Both the position numbers and the translations under genes were made by a program. A DNA stretch of 64,000 nucleotides from Lingula anatina (Eukaryota > Animalia > Brachiopoda). The notes under the pieces are model-generated. The model did not search any database. It was given only the letters and a program-made list of their open reading frames with translations, and was not told the DNA's origin. The DNA is taken from NCBI GenBank assembly GCA_051362555.1, contig CM120644.1, positions 24,078,534-24,142,533 on the forward strand, written 5' to 3'. How positions within the stretch are numbered: the stretch's first letter is position 1; each line of letters begins with the position of its first letter. This document shows positions 24,459-35,656 of this stretch, one piece after another.

Positions 24459-26845
24459 ACTAGACTGCAACTGGCTAAAGCCAGTGGCGGAGGATTCCCC
24501 TGCAAAATAGGCGTGAAAATGCTCTTACAAGGTCATGTGAAGGTCATGGGTTAAATTTGACCCCATATTCTGAAAGAGCATGTGCGAATTGGGGGAGAGG
24601 GGGGAGTCAACAAAACATCACTTTTAGCCCGCTTCTATATTTCTCCATTAAATAGCCCAATGACCTTGAAAATGAGGGTCAAGGTCAAATTTGACATTTG
24701 ATTTGGGTGTTTTGGGTATATGTTTGGGGTAGTTTACTATAGCATGCTATGACCAAAAAACAGTGTTTCATGGAGAAACTGCCAAACTCAAGATTTCTGC
24801 AATGTCATAAATATTAAAAAATCTATATTAAAAAAGTAATTAAGCAGTCGCTACCAAAGTACGGCTAACCTTAGATAAATATATAGGGCATCATTTGCCA
24901 CTATGATCGGGGCTCTGGGCCTTCCGGTTTTTGAGATCTCGGAAACAAACCTTTTTTGAGCCCGTTTGGCCATGAGCGACCTTGACCTTGACCTACTTGC
25001 ATAAAAGTAGGTCATTGTATGTGGATTTGGCTCAGTATCATTGGCCATAAGGCCCTTAGCCATATGCCTTATACTTTAGGCCTAATGGCAATTTCAAATT
25101 TTACAAATTTTGCCTTTAAAAGCCCCTGTGACCTTGAAAAGTAGGTCAAGGTCACTGAAACTGGGTCTGTGGCATATTCTTGCCATGGGCTACCTATGAT
25201 AATTATTTCATATTTTTTGCGAAAAAAACACGCGGAAAGAATAATAATAATAACTATAATAATAATAACTAGACTGCAACTGGCTGAAGCCAGTGGCAGA
25301 GGATTCCCCTGCAAAATCGGTGTGGAAAGGCTCTTACAAGGTCAAGTGAAGGTCATGGGTTAAATTTGACCCCATATTCTGAAAGAGCATGTGCGAATTG
25401 GGGGGGGGGGGGTCAACAAAACATCAATTTTAGCCCACTTCAATATTTCTCCATGAAATAGCCAAATGACCTTGAAAATGAGGGTCAAGGTCAAATTTGA
25501 CATTTGATTTGGGGGTTTTGGGTATATGTTTGGGGTAGTTTACTATAGCATGCTATGACCAAAAACCAGTGTTTCATGGAGAAACTGCCAAACTCAAGAT
25601 TTCTGCAATGTCATAAATATTAAAAAATCTATATTAAAAAAAGTAATTAAGCAGTCGCTACCAAAGTACGGCTAACCTTAGATAAATATATAGGGCATCA
25701 TTTGTTACTATGATCGGGGCTCTGAGACTTCCGGTTTCTGAGATCTCGGAAACAAACCTTTTTTGAGCCCGTTTGGCCATTAGCAACCTTGACCTTGACC
25801 TACTTGCATAAAAGTAGGCCATTATATGTGGATTCACCTCAGTATTACTGACCATAAGGCCCATAGCCATACGGCATATACTTAAGGCCTGATGGCAATT
25901 TCAAATTTTACAAATTTTGCCTTTAAAAGCCCCTGTGACCTTGAAAAGTAGGTCAAGGTCACTGAAACTGGGTCTGTGGCATATTCTCACCATAAGCTAC
26001 CTATGTAAATTATTTCAGATTTTTTGCGAAAAAAAACGCGCGGAAAGAATAACTATAATAATAACTAGACTGCAACTGGCTAAAGCCAGTGGCGGAGGAT
26101 TCCCCTGCAAAATGGGTGTGGAAATGCTCTTACAAGGTCATGTGAAGGTCACGGGTTAAATTTGACCCCATATTCTGAAAGAGCATGTGCGAATTGGGGG
26201 GGGGGGGGGGGGTCAACAAAACATCACTTTTAGCCCACTTCAATATTTCTCCATGAAATAGCCAAATGACCTTGAAAATGAGGGTCAAGGTCAAATTTGA
26301 CATTTGATTTGGGGGTTTTGGGTATATGTTTGGGGTAGTTTACTTAGCATGCTATGACCAAAAACCAGTGTTTCATGGAGAAATTGCCAAACTCACGATT
26401 TCTGCAATGTCATAAATATTTAAAAATCTATTTTAAAAAAAGTAATTATGAAGTCGCTACCAAAGTACGGCTAACCTTAGATAAATACATAGGGCATCAT
26501 TTGTTACTATGATCGGGGCTCTGAGACTTCCGGTTTTTGAGATCTCGGAAACAAACCTTTTTTGAGCCCGTTTGGCCATGAGCGACCTTGACCTTGACCT
26601 ACTTGCATAAAAGTAGGTCATTATCTGTGGATTTGGCTCAGTATTATTGGCCATAAGGCCCTTGGCCATACGGCTTATACTTTAGGCCTAATGGCAATTT
26701 CAAATATTACAAATTTTGCCTTTAAAAGCCCCTGTGACCTTGAAAAGTAGGTCAAGGTCACTAAAACTGGGTCTATAGCATATTCTTACCATAGGCTACC
26801 TATGTAAATTATTTCAGATTTTTTGCGAAAAAAAACGCGCGGAAA

Positions 26846-26893
<48 letters not shown>

Positions 26894-26990
26894 CAAAAAC
26901 AATAGTATTCCCCTATGGGGAATCCTAATAATAATAATAATAATAAAAATACCAAAAACAATAGGATTCCCCTATGGGGAATCCTAATAA
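24459..26990 (+). mobile_element. Head-to-tail trimer of an ~800 bp non-autonomous element (Helentron/HINE-like) inserted in an (AAT)n microsatellite
   Basis: Units start ACTAGACTGCAACTGGCTAAAGCCAGTGGCGGAGGATTCCCC at 24459, 25268 and 26064. The terminal palindrome GGATTCCCCTATGGGGAATCC is perfect at 26964-26984, with a one-mismatch copy at ~26905. Paralogous blocks show only (AAT)n at this site. Confidence 0.75.
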
Positions 26991-27734
26991 TATTAAATCA
27001 GAGGGTGGTCGGCTATATTTATTTAAAAAGGAATTTTAAGTTTTATGATTTTAAGACACTAAGAGTATAAAAAGGGTATGTTGATAATTTAAAGAGGACA
27101 AAGCCTGTCGGTTTTCTTTTGAACCTTTGTCAATTAAACCTATGTCAAGTGAAACAATCGTGTTTTCAAACTTGATCCTTACCTATGTAAAAAGTACTTA
27201 AATAAGGTAATTTTTTTCTTTAGAACAATATATAAGTATAAATAAAATAAATTTATACTAATAAATAATATATAAATAAAATATATAAATATAATAAATA
27301 AATAAAATGCATAAATGTATATGTATACATACAGTTGAGAATACAAGCAAAATTGTATATGAAAATAATAAAATCATTCTTGTTATTACACTTTTTATTT
27401 ATTTAAGTTCTATTTAAACTGAATAATAAACGTATAATTAAGTATTTATTGAATTGCAGTTGCAACCATTGCTAAATAATGGAACAAATAAACAAAATGC
27501 AAAAACAATCTATTAGATACTTGCCTAAAATGACATTTTTAAATTTTAAAAACAAACAATATGGCAGGCAAATAACTAATTGTAATTTACTAAATACAAT
27601 GAACATTTATTACAAACAACAGCTAGACATAACAAAGTTAGCACAAAAAAGTGTTTGGGTAAAGCATCCACCTTTGGTTTATCTACAATTAAATATTGAC
27701 ACAATAAAAAAGCAAAGAAACTCTGAAAGGTAAC

Positions 27735-27740
27735 TCTCTT

Positions 27741-27800
<60 letters not shown>
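27735..27800. repeat. (CT)n(CA)n microsatellite
   Basis: Direct reading. Confidence 0.95.
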
Positions 27801-27803
<3 letters not shown>

Positions 27804-28046
27804 ATGAATGCCAATATATCTTTAAATATTTACTTCAATCTAATATATGTGCACAGAGCACTGCCACAGTGATTCAGCTTTGAACTGAATAAACTTTATC
27901 ATAGTCAGACCATCATATATAAATAGCTAGTCTTCCACTCTGCTATCACTTCTATCCTACACACAGACTATACCATGTTCTGTTTCCTACATCTTACACC
28001 AATCCTCAATGTTAAGTTTTCCTTTCATAAGAAATAAGAGGATCAG

Positions 28047-29085
28047 AGAGGCGATACCGCCTCCAAGTATTGTACCACCAGCTGGAGCAAGCGCATTCGC
28101 GGGGAAAAAAACACACCACCTACAGTGTTGTACTTGACAAGCTCTACAAAATGCAGTTAACAGGAGTTCAAGATTTGTTAAACTACAATTTATAACAAAA
28201 TAAAGGGGAAAAGTAAATTGTCAAATTCAAATTTTTGAAGTACATTTCATGGCGAAAAATTAGATCAAGGGTCAAAACACAGGAATACTGTCAATATATG
28301 AGCTCCTATTCAAGTTCAGTACTATCAGTGGGCATTTCTGTACCAGTTTTGGGGTTAAAAGGGACGAGAAATTTGCAAAGACCAGTTCATGGCGAAAAAA
28401 GGCCAAGAATTGGATTGTCAGTATGACTTCCTATTCAAGTTCAATAGTAACTGAGAGCATATCTCTGCCAGTTTTAAAAATATAAGGGACTAAAAAGCTG
28501 TCTGATTCAATACATAGTGAAAAGGACAAACTTGAATTTTAAGATCACAGTTGGATTGCCGGCATGTAAGTTCCTATTCAAGTTTAAAAGTGTCTATTGG
28601 GGTATCTCAACCAGTTTGGAGATTTAGCAAAAGAAAAGTTGCAAAGTTCAGTTCACGGTGAAAAGTAGGCTAAAGGTAAACTCAAGGTCACAGTTAGATT
28701 GCCAGTATAAGACTTCCTAATTAAGTCCAATATTATCTTTGGCTGTATCTCTGCTTGTTTTGGAGATGTAAGGCAAAGCGAGTCAGTTCATAATGAAAAG
28801 TAGGTTAAAAGTCAATTTTTAAATCACAATTAGATTGTCGTTTTATAATTTCCTATTCAAGTTCAATAATAACTATGACCCTATCTCTGCCAGTTATGGA
28901 GATATAAGGGACTGAAAAGTTGCAAAGTTCAGTCCATGGTGAAAAGTAGGTCAAAGGTCAGTTTCAAGGTCGCAGTTAAGTACCAGTTTATGATTTCATA
29001 GTCAACTTCAAAATAACTATGGGTCTATCTCTGCCAGTTTTGGAGACGAAAGGGACTCAAATGTTACAATTTTAAAGTTACAGTA
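28047..29085 (+). mobile_element. Element with a unique head plus ~6 diverged ~143 bp tandem repeats
   Basis: CCTATTCAAGTT-type anchors at ~28305, 28430, 28573, 28716, 28852 and 28996. The paralogous flank at ~41936-41981 diverges after GATCAGA and lacks it. Confidence 0.7.
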
Positions 29086-29475
29086 ATGTGTCATAAATTT
29101 CGTACGGATGAAATAAATTGAAATAAAGAAAATGTCTTTTTGGTTGAAATTAATGAACAGGTGCTCAGTAATTCTAAATGTTCTAATGTCATGAAATCAT
29201 GTCCTTTTCGACAAGACTCGCTTTGCCTTATATTATCTTTTCTAGACGTTCACAATTTTATGCGTATTACCGTATTGCACATTTTATTTTCACCACCACA
29301 ATATACTTTTTGATACAGCGTAACTCATAAACCATATGGAAAGCAAAAATGGACACAATATCAGTGTTGGGCTTGATATGCTCTATCAAATGCAAAATAC
29401 AAGAGGCCCCTAGCATTAATATAACACAAAATTTTACAAACATCAGCAGTTTGATATATTTTCATCATTATTCAA

Positions 29476-29794
29476 TGTTACGAATAAGCAAACTTCTTTA
29501 GTCTTTTTCACATCTATTTTATTTGCTTGTCATTGAAATTGTCACGTAGAAACTGAAATGAACAAAATACATCAAATTAAGAAATTATCCTTAAATTATG
29601 TTACAATTACAACTTATAAAGTTCCTATTAACTGTTTAAATTACTAAATGATTCATAAAGTCTTACCTCATTGCGGGAATTAGTGTCTTTTAATGATCAG
29701 AACATAACTATGATAAGCGCGTGCTCTAGTAAAAAAAGTAAAACGCTATCTCCACCGATGTGCATAACAGCTAAGACGGGCCAAAACCGTAACA
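29476..29794 (-). repeat. 3' LTR
   Basis: Direct repeat of 35321-35639. Confidence 0.97.
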
Positions 29795-30086
29795 TGGCTC
29801 CCCTAAATTGTGAAAGCAATTTACACAATATACATCGTTTACCTTATCATTACTTATACAAAAAAGATATTGCTTGGAAATTATTAAGAATTACCTTACC
29901 TTAAACACCTTTAAGGAACATCAAAACTTACTGTTAATTACCGTACTTAAAACATAAAATACTTTGCAATCCCATAAACACAAATAGCTCAACATGTAAC
30001 TGTCTTTAGAAAACAAGTGTTCATTAAATCTACACAAATTGTAGCTTAGAATCATAACAAACTGACATTATTGTCACAGTTAACAG

Positions 30087-33000
30087 TTATTTTGACTCCT
30101 CGACGGGGTCTTCTCCGGTCAATAAAAGAATCAACTTGTGCACTGGTCTCTCATATGTAGAGTCCCTAACTTTCAACTTGACCTTACGCACATATCCATC
30201 TGCACTTTGAAAGGTTTCTACTATGCGACCAAGTGGCCACTGATTTCTTGGTGCACTGTCATCTATCATGAGAACAATATCTCCAACTTGTACATCTCTA
30301 TGTTGTTTGATCCACTTTTTTCTCTCTTGTAATGTAGGAAGAAATTCCTTTCTCCACCTGCTCCAAAATTCATTGGCTAGATATTGAACATGTCGCCATC
30401 TTCGATGAAGGTATGTGTCTTTCCTTATGAAATTCCCAGTTGGTGGCATCACGACCTTAGTTTTCAGGGTCAGGAGCTGATTTGGAGACAAAGGCACTGG
30501 AGAATCTGATGACTGTGTATCAATGTAAGTCAAAGGTCTACTGTTAACTATGGCTTCTGCCTCAGTTAACAATGTGGACAAGGAATCATCATCTAAACGG
30601 TCACTGTGAGCTGTGAGAAGTCCTGATAAAGCATTTCTGGCTGATCTGATCATCCTTTCCCACACGCCTCCCATATGTGAAGCATGAGGAACATTCATTT
30701 CAAACTGAATCCAGTCACAATGGTCTTTCAGAAGTTCTCTCCTGATCTTGTCCTGATCCATATCCATAAAGGCAGTTTCTTGCTCTCCCTTAACTCCAAT
30801 GAAATTGGTTCCACGGTCTGCTCTGAGTAGACGTACTGGTCCACGCCTGCATACAAAGCGTCTGTAGCAGTTAATGAAAGAATCTGTGCTGAGTGAATAT
30901 GCAACTTCTATATGAATAGCACGTGATGCTAAACATGTAAACATAGCACCATATCTCTTCATCTGCTTTCTTCCCTCCTTCACATAGAATGGTCCAAAGA
31001 AATCTACTGCACTGTAGGTGAATGGAGGTGCTGGTTCCAGTCTGTCAGCTGGAAGATCTGACATTTTCTGACTCTGTGAGTTTGCTCGTAGCTTACGACA
31101 GGTCACACATTTCCATATATATGATCCAATCTTGGCACGGCCAGAAATTATCCAATAACCACTAGCTCGGACTTCATTAAGAGTAATGCCACTTCCTGAA
31201 TGTCCGCATCGTGTATGATAGTGGTCAATTATGAGATTTGTAACGTGATGATGCTTAGGCAGAATCACTGGGTGTGTTAGCTCTCTGGGTAGATTTGCCC
31301 TCTTTATACGACCACCTACTCTGAGTAGTCCATCTTCACATAAAAATGGGTCTAGGCGGTATAGTGAACTGGTTTTCTTGATTTGTTTGTTGCGATATCT
31401 TGCCTGTTTTCTCTCTGTGTGTTCACTGTTATCTTCTCTGTTAATTGCTTTCAGTATTGCAATTTCCTTCTCAAATGTAGCAGTCTGTGTTGACTTGAGA
31501 ATGATCTTTTCTGCCACTTGTATTTCTTGAACATTCAACGGTTCATTGCTGGTCTCAACTGTGTTATGCTGTGTAGATTTCCTGTCCTTAGCTTGTTTCA
31601 GCTTCTGTATGAATCGTAAACACCACGCAACAACTCGTGTTGCTCTGTTCCAGGAAGAAAACCTTTTCAATACATCAGACAAGTGATCGTGGTTGGTTTC
31701 TACCTTAGTAGCAAATACACTGACTTCAGATTTGCGTACTTCTGGGTCATCTGGTGCTAGTCTGAATTGGGTATTAGTGGTAGATGGTGGTTCATCAATG
31801 AGCAGGAAGTCTGGCCCATTCCACCACTGTTCATTCTGTAGTAGCTCTGTCACACCTGTTCCCCTGGAGGCTATATCAGCTGGGTTGTCATTGGACTTAA
31901 CATGCCTCCATTGCGATGGCTGACTGACTTCTCTAATTTGTTGTATTCTATTAGCTACAAAGACATGAAATCTCTTAGCATCATTATTGACATACCCTAG
32001 AACAACCTTGCTGTCAGTCCAATACACATGGGTGATGTCCTCATACTCTAACTCCTTGGCAAGAAAGGTCCCCACCTTTATAGACATCACTGCTGCTGAC
32101 AACTCTAGGCGTGGGACTGTCACTGGTTTAGAGGGAGCTACCTTGGACTTGCCCATAACTAATGTGGTTGCTATTCTTCCTGTGTTGCTTTTAAGCCTCA
32201 AGTAACTGCACTGACCTAGGCCTTCTACACTGGCATCTGAGAAGTGATGAAGTTCTGCAGTAGTCACTTCACCAAAATCATTTGGCTTATAGCACCGTGG
32301 TATATTCAACTCGGTTAAGTTCAGCAAATCTGAGCGCCATCTTTCCCACCTGCATCTAATACTCTCTGGCACTTGATCATCCCACTCTGCACCGTCTCTG
32401 CATAGCTCTTGGAGAATTTTCTTACCGGCAAGGATGAATGGTGAGACAAGGCCTAAAGGGTCAAATATGGAACTTACAGTGGAGAGAATTCCCCTTCTTG
32501 TTAATGGCTTATCATTGATCTGGACCTTAAACTGAAAACTGTCCGCTTCTACACACCACTGTACTCCTAAAGCTGGGCATATTGGCAATGTGTCTCTGTT
32601 AAGGTCAATGTTTCTCATTTCTTTGGCTCTCTCTGACATTGGGATTGTATTCATCACTTCACGGTTGTTTGATACTAGCTTGTGAAGTCTTAGGTTACCT
32701 TTGTTCAGCAGCTCTCTTGTTTCTCTAACAAGACGTATAGCTTCTTCACTTGACTCGATGCTCTTGAGTCCATCGTCTACATAAAAGTCATTCTTAAGAA
32801 AGGCAATGACGTCTGGTGAATACTCATCTTGGTAGTCCTCTGCTAGTTTCCTCAGTCCATACAATGCGCATGCTGGTGAACTTATCGCTCCAAATATATG
32901 AGACGTCATTCTGTATGTGATGGGATTACTACTGAGGTCACCGTCTTTCCACCATAGGAACTGTAAAAACTTTCTATCCTCTTCTTTCACTTTAAACCTG

Positions 33001-35234
33001 TGAAACATGTTCTCCATGTCACCCATGATTGCTACTGGCTGCTCTCTAAACCTCAATAAAACACCTATGAGCGAGTTATTCTGATCAGGTCCTTTCAACA
33101 GGCAGTCGTTTAGCGCAACATTTTCATGTTTTGCACTGGCATCAAACACCACTCGTAATTTCTCACGTTTCTTGGGGTGATATACACCATGATGTGGTAA
33201 GTACCAACCTCCATCTTCATGAGGTGATTCTTCTGCATAGCATTTATCTATGAGGTCCTGCATAAAACTGTTATAGTGCTCATAATACTTCGGGTTGTGG
33301 ATTAGCCTTTTCCTTAGCTGCTCTAGCCTGATCTCAGCTGCTGGTTTGTTGTTTGGCAATGCTGGATGTCCATCTTTAAATGGTAGTGGCATCTCATAAA
33401 AACCCTCGTTGAAATGTATGCCTTCCTCCATAATCTTCATGAACTTCTGGTCTTGAAGGCTTAACTTCTCATCTTTCTGTTGGTCGAAACCTTGGTCAAA
33501 GAGACTGCAAACCTCAGCGGGGCTGATCTCTGTCACTTGTGTTCTAAAGGCAAAGGCATGTGTTCCAAAGCTCTTGTTCTCATCTATGGGTCTTGATTTG
33601 TCCACTGGCCCTACTATACCCCAACCTAGGTTACATCTGTATGCATATGGCTCCTCTCCTCTACCATGTATGTACTCCAGACCTCTAATGGCTTTCATAC
33701 AGTTTACTCCCAACAGCAGTCCTACCTCTATGTCTGGGCGATAAGGAGTAATCTTATCAGCAATTGAGTGCAAGTGTGGCCATTTCTTAGCAGTTTCTGG
33801 TCTGGGTATCTGTGATCGCTTAACTGGAATGGAGTCTCTGGAGTATGTATCTGGGAGCTCAATCAATGTCTCTTGGTTCAGACCTCTCACAACAAGTCCT
33901 CTAACTTTCCTGCTCGGGACGGTTTTTTCTCCAAGTATGGTTGAAAGTCTGATGTCTACATGCTTCCCTTTACATTCGAGTTCACTGAGGGTCGAGGACT
34001 TTACAAAGCAGGCATCTGACTGTTCGTCTAGTACTGCATATACCACTGAATAAATGTCTGGATTATCCTTGTGGTGCACTACAACTGGCACTATCATGGA
34101 ATGCACATTCTCAGAACTGTGGGTGGTATGGCATACAGCTGCTCCCACTACTTTACTAGTGTAATTGTCATCGTGTAGAATTGTTGGATGATAAGAGTTA
34201 CATTTTTGGCATTTCATTTTATTTCTGCATTCATGTTTTCTGTGACCATATGCAAGGCACCCAAAACATAAACCATTATTCTTTATAATGCTGATTCTTT
34301 CATCCATTGTCTTTTCTTGCATTTCTGGGCATTGGTGAAGTTTATGTTGTTCCTTGCATAATATACACTTGTGAACGTGTCTTTCGTTGCTGGATGCAGA
34401 GGTACTAGACAGTACTGTTTGTGCTGGAACTCTTCTCCTTGGTGCTGGTATAGGTCTCTCTGGTGGCGGTGGAACCTTTCCAAAAATGGGGTCAGCCAAT
34501 TTTCGTGCTTCTTTCTGCACAAAATCGACAAAAACCTGAAAGGTTATCTTCTGTCCCCTTTCCTTCCTTTCATATACTATGCTTCTCCATTTATCATGCA
34601 ATTTGAGCGGCAGCTTCGTCATTAGCCTCTTAAGGTTATCGGGATACTCGAGGACTGGAATGGCATCTATTTCTTTTACTGCATATTCACATTCCCTTAA
34701 AAATATGCCGTATTTGTCTAATGCGACATAATCATCATGCTTTATCACTGGCCACTGTAAGGCACGGTTTATATACGATGTCGCAATCTGTTCTTGGTCC
34801 CCATACCTTCTCTCAAATTCCTTCCATGTGGCCTTGAAACCAATGGATGCATCTAAGTGAGCGAAACCTAGCGTAATTTCATGAGGCTCACCTCTGGTGT
34901 ATTGCAGTAGATAGTTCAGTTTTTCATCGTCAGAGTCGCATGTTTCTATGATTCTACTTTTAAACTGTCTCTTAAACAGCACATATTTGATCGGGTCACC
35001 TTCAAATACTTGAATCTGAATTCTTGGTTTACTGAGTTCCTTTGCTATCGTAGTTTGCTCACACAAAGTGAGTGGGGCACAAGATGTTAGTGTGTTTTTG
35101 GGCGTAGATGTCTTTTTTATGTTTGACTTTGTGAAGTTAAAATGCCTTTCTAACTCACGCATGGTTTGGTCTATATCCGACTCTACCCTTTTTAGTTCTG
35201 CTTGGAGAAGTATCATTTCTGCTTGTGTTGCCAT
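30087..35234 (-). CDS. BEL/Pao Gag-Pol polyprotein, 1715 aa
   Basis: Gag with zinc knuckles (CILCKEQHKLHQC, CFGCLAYGHRKHEC, CQKCNSYH), protease AVLDEQSD, RT LRVVFDAS...FYVDD, RNase H HHFSDAS...YWTDS...NPADIASRG, integrase H-H/CVTC and VDFFGP...ADRGTNF...GGVWERMIRS. Pao order PR-RT-RH-IN. Confidence 0.96.
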   Translation of the reverse strand: MATQAEMILLQAELKRVESDIDQTMRELERHFNFTKSNIKKTSTPKNTLTSCAPLTLCEQTTIAKELSKPRIQIQVFEGDPIKYVLFKRQFKSRIIETCDSDDEKLNYLLQYTRGEPHEITLGFAHLDASIGFKATWKEFERRYGDQEQIATSYINRALQWPVIKHDDYVALDKYGIFLRECEYAVKEIDAIPVLEYPDNLKRLMTKLPLKLHDKWRSIVYERKERGQKITFQVFVDFVQKEARKLADPIFGKVPPPPERPIPAPRRRVPAQTVLSSTSASSNERHVHKCILCKEQHKLHQCPEMQEKTMDERISIIKNNGLCFGCLAYGHRKHECRNKMKCQKCNSYHPTILHDDNYTSKVVGAAVCHTTHSSENVHSMIVPVVVHHKDNPDIYSVVYAVLDEQSDACFVKSSTLSELECKGKHVDIRLSTILGEKTVPSRKVRGLVVRGLNQETLIELPDTYSRDSIPVKRSQIPRPETAKKWPHLHSIADKITPYRPDIEVGLLLGVNCMKAIRGLEYIHGRGEEPYAYRCNLGWGIVGPVDKSRPIDENKSFGTHAFAFRTQVTEISPAEVCSLFDQGFDQQKDEKLSLQDQKFMKIMEEGIHFNEGFYEMPLPFKDGHPALPNNKPAAEIRLEQLRKRLIHNPKYYEHYNSFMQDLIDKCYAEESPHEDGGWYLPHHGVYHPKKREKLRVVFDASAKHENVALNDCLLKGPDQNNSLIGVLLRFREQPVAIMGDMENMFHRFKVKEEDRKFLQFLWWKDGDLSSNPITYRMTSHIFGAISSPACALYGLRKLAEDYQDEYSPDVIAFLKNDFYVDDGLKSIESSEEAIRLVRETRELLNKGNLRLHKLVSNNREVMNTIPMSERAKEMRNIDLNRDTLPICPALGVQWCVEADSFQFKVQINDKPLTRRGILSTVSSIFDPLGLVSPFILAGKKILQELCRDGAEWDDQVPESIRCRWERWRSDLLNLTELNIPRCYKPNDFGEVTTAELHHFSDASVEGLGQCSYLRLKSNTGRIATTLVMGKSKVAPSKPVTVPRLELSAAVMSIKVGTFLAKELEYEDITHVYWTDSKVVLGYVNNDAKRFHVFVANRIQQIREVSQPSQWRHVKSNDNPADIASRGTGVTELLQNEQWWNGPDFLLIDEPPSTTNTQFRLAPDDPEVRKSEVSVFATKVETNHDHLSDVLKRFSSWNRATRVVAWCLRFIQKLKQAKDRKSTQHNTVETSNEPLNVQEIQVAEKIILKSTQTATFEKEIAILKAINREDNSEHTERKQARYRNKQIKKTSSLYRLDPFLCEDGLLRVGGRIKRANLPRELTHPVILPKHHHVTNLIIDHYHTRCGHSGSGITLNEVRASGYWIISGRAKIGSYIWKCVTCRKLRANSQSQKMSDLPADRLEPAPPFTYSAVDFFGPFYVKEGRKQMKRYGAMFTCLASRAIHIEVAYSLSTDSFINCYRRFVCRRGPVRLLRADRGTNFIGVKGEQETAFMDMDQDKIRRELLKDHCDWIQFEMNVPHASHMGGVWERMIRSARNALSGLLTAHSDRLDDDSLSTLLTEAEAIVNSRPLTYIDTQSSDSPVPLSPNQLLTLKTKVVMPPTGNFIRKDTYLHRRWRHVQYLANEFWSRWRKEFLPTLQERKKWIKQHRDVQVGDIVLMIDDSAPRNQWPLGRIVETFQSADGYVRKVKLKVRDSTYERPVHKLILLLTGEDPVEESK

Positions 35235-35320
35235 CTTTTCTAAATACTGTGCTGATCGTCTTTCACTAAATCGTCGCTCAGTTTCTACTATCTTTCACTA
35301 AATCGTCGCTGAGTTTCTAC

Positions 35321-35639
35321 TGTTACGAATAAGCAAACTTCTTTAGTCTTTTTCACATCTATTTTATTTGCTTGTCATTGAAATTGTCACGTAGAAACTG
35401 AAATGAACAAAATACATCAAATTAAGAAATTATCCTTAAATTATGTTACAATTACAACTTATAAAGTTCCTATTAACTGTTTAAATTACTAAATGATTCA
35501 TAAAGTCTTACCTCATTGCGGGAATTAGTGTCTTTTAATGATCAGAACATAACTATGATAAGCGCGTGCTCTAGTAAAAAAGGTAAAACGCTATCTCCAC
35601 CGATGTGCATAACAGCTAAGACGGGCCAAAACCGTAACA
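35321..35639 (-). repeat. 5' LTR
   Basis: Direct repeat of 29476-29794, upstream of the gag ATG on -. Confidence 0.97.
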
Positions 35640-35656
35640 TTCAATGTGATCAGTAG

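Larger units (their letters stand above)
29476..35639 (-). mobile_element. Full-length BEL/Pao LTR retrotransposon
   Basis: 319 bp LTRs at 29476-29794 and 35321-35639 (TGTTACG...CGTAACA, one mismatch seen), 5 bp TSD TTCAA at 29471-29475 and 35640-35644, PPT-like AGGGGAGCCA on - next to the left (3') LTR, intact polyprotein. Confidence 0.97.

Noticed and set aside
24851-26669. Three repeated 70 aa ORFs (MAKGLMAN...) and their neighbours
   Set aside because: By-products of the 800 bp tandem element, with no recognisable domain.
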